The translations under genes were made by a program, and so were the position numbers. The notes beneath the pieces were generated by a model that was not told where the DNA came from, made no database searches, and saw nothing but the letters and a program-made list of their open reading frames with translations. A DNA stretch of 6,365 bases from a virus (lineage: Duplodnaviria > Heunggongvirae > Uroviricota > Caudoviricetes), in the IMG/VR virus record IMGVR_UViG_2698536552_000010; one strand, written 5' to 3'. Shown here in pieces: positions 6,336 to 6,365 of this stretch. Position 1 is the stretch's first letter, and each line of letters opens with the position of its first letter.

Positions 6336-6365
6336 TTGTTCTTTTTTTAAGCAGCCATCTGATGA

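Larger units (their letters stand above)
1..6365. mobile_element. Segment of a lambdoid (Qin-like) prophage: late-regulatory region plus accessory/moron cargo
   Basis: Co-linear minus-strand block hokD - rem-like - DUF968 - rusA - Q - tRNA matches the organisation I recall for E. coli Qin-type prophages; AT-rich cargo at the low-coordinate end. Confidence 0.85.

Noticed and set aside
1-6365. CRISPR arrays, rRNA genes, IS elements
   Set aside because: No regularly spaced short repeats, rRNA-like sequence or terminal inverted repeats with a transposase ORF were seen.

Overview
This window reads as a segment of a lambdoid (Qin-like) enterobacterial prophage, with nearly all genes on the minus strand. 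In transcription order (high to low coordinates): four tightly coupled small ORFs (6335-5506), hokD (type I toxin, exact match to the sequence I recall), a terminator, a rem-like ORF, a DUF968/ydfU-like protein, rusA (Holliday junction resolvase), a long Cys-rich Q-type antiterminator, a candidate PR' promoter and tR' terminator, a tRNA-Arg(UCU), a 117-codon cargo ORF in the position where Stx phages carry stx, and a terminator. A convergent 111-codon ORF sits on the plus strand in AT-rich DNA (156-491). Two N runs (1520-1768, 2027-2294) hide sequence; the second is flanked by direct repeats of the Q 3' end. The most interesting candidates are the uncharacterised small-ORF operon upstream of hokD and the cargo downstream of the tRNA. 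All identifications are from reading the sequence and recalled family features; no database search was run.
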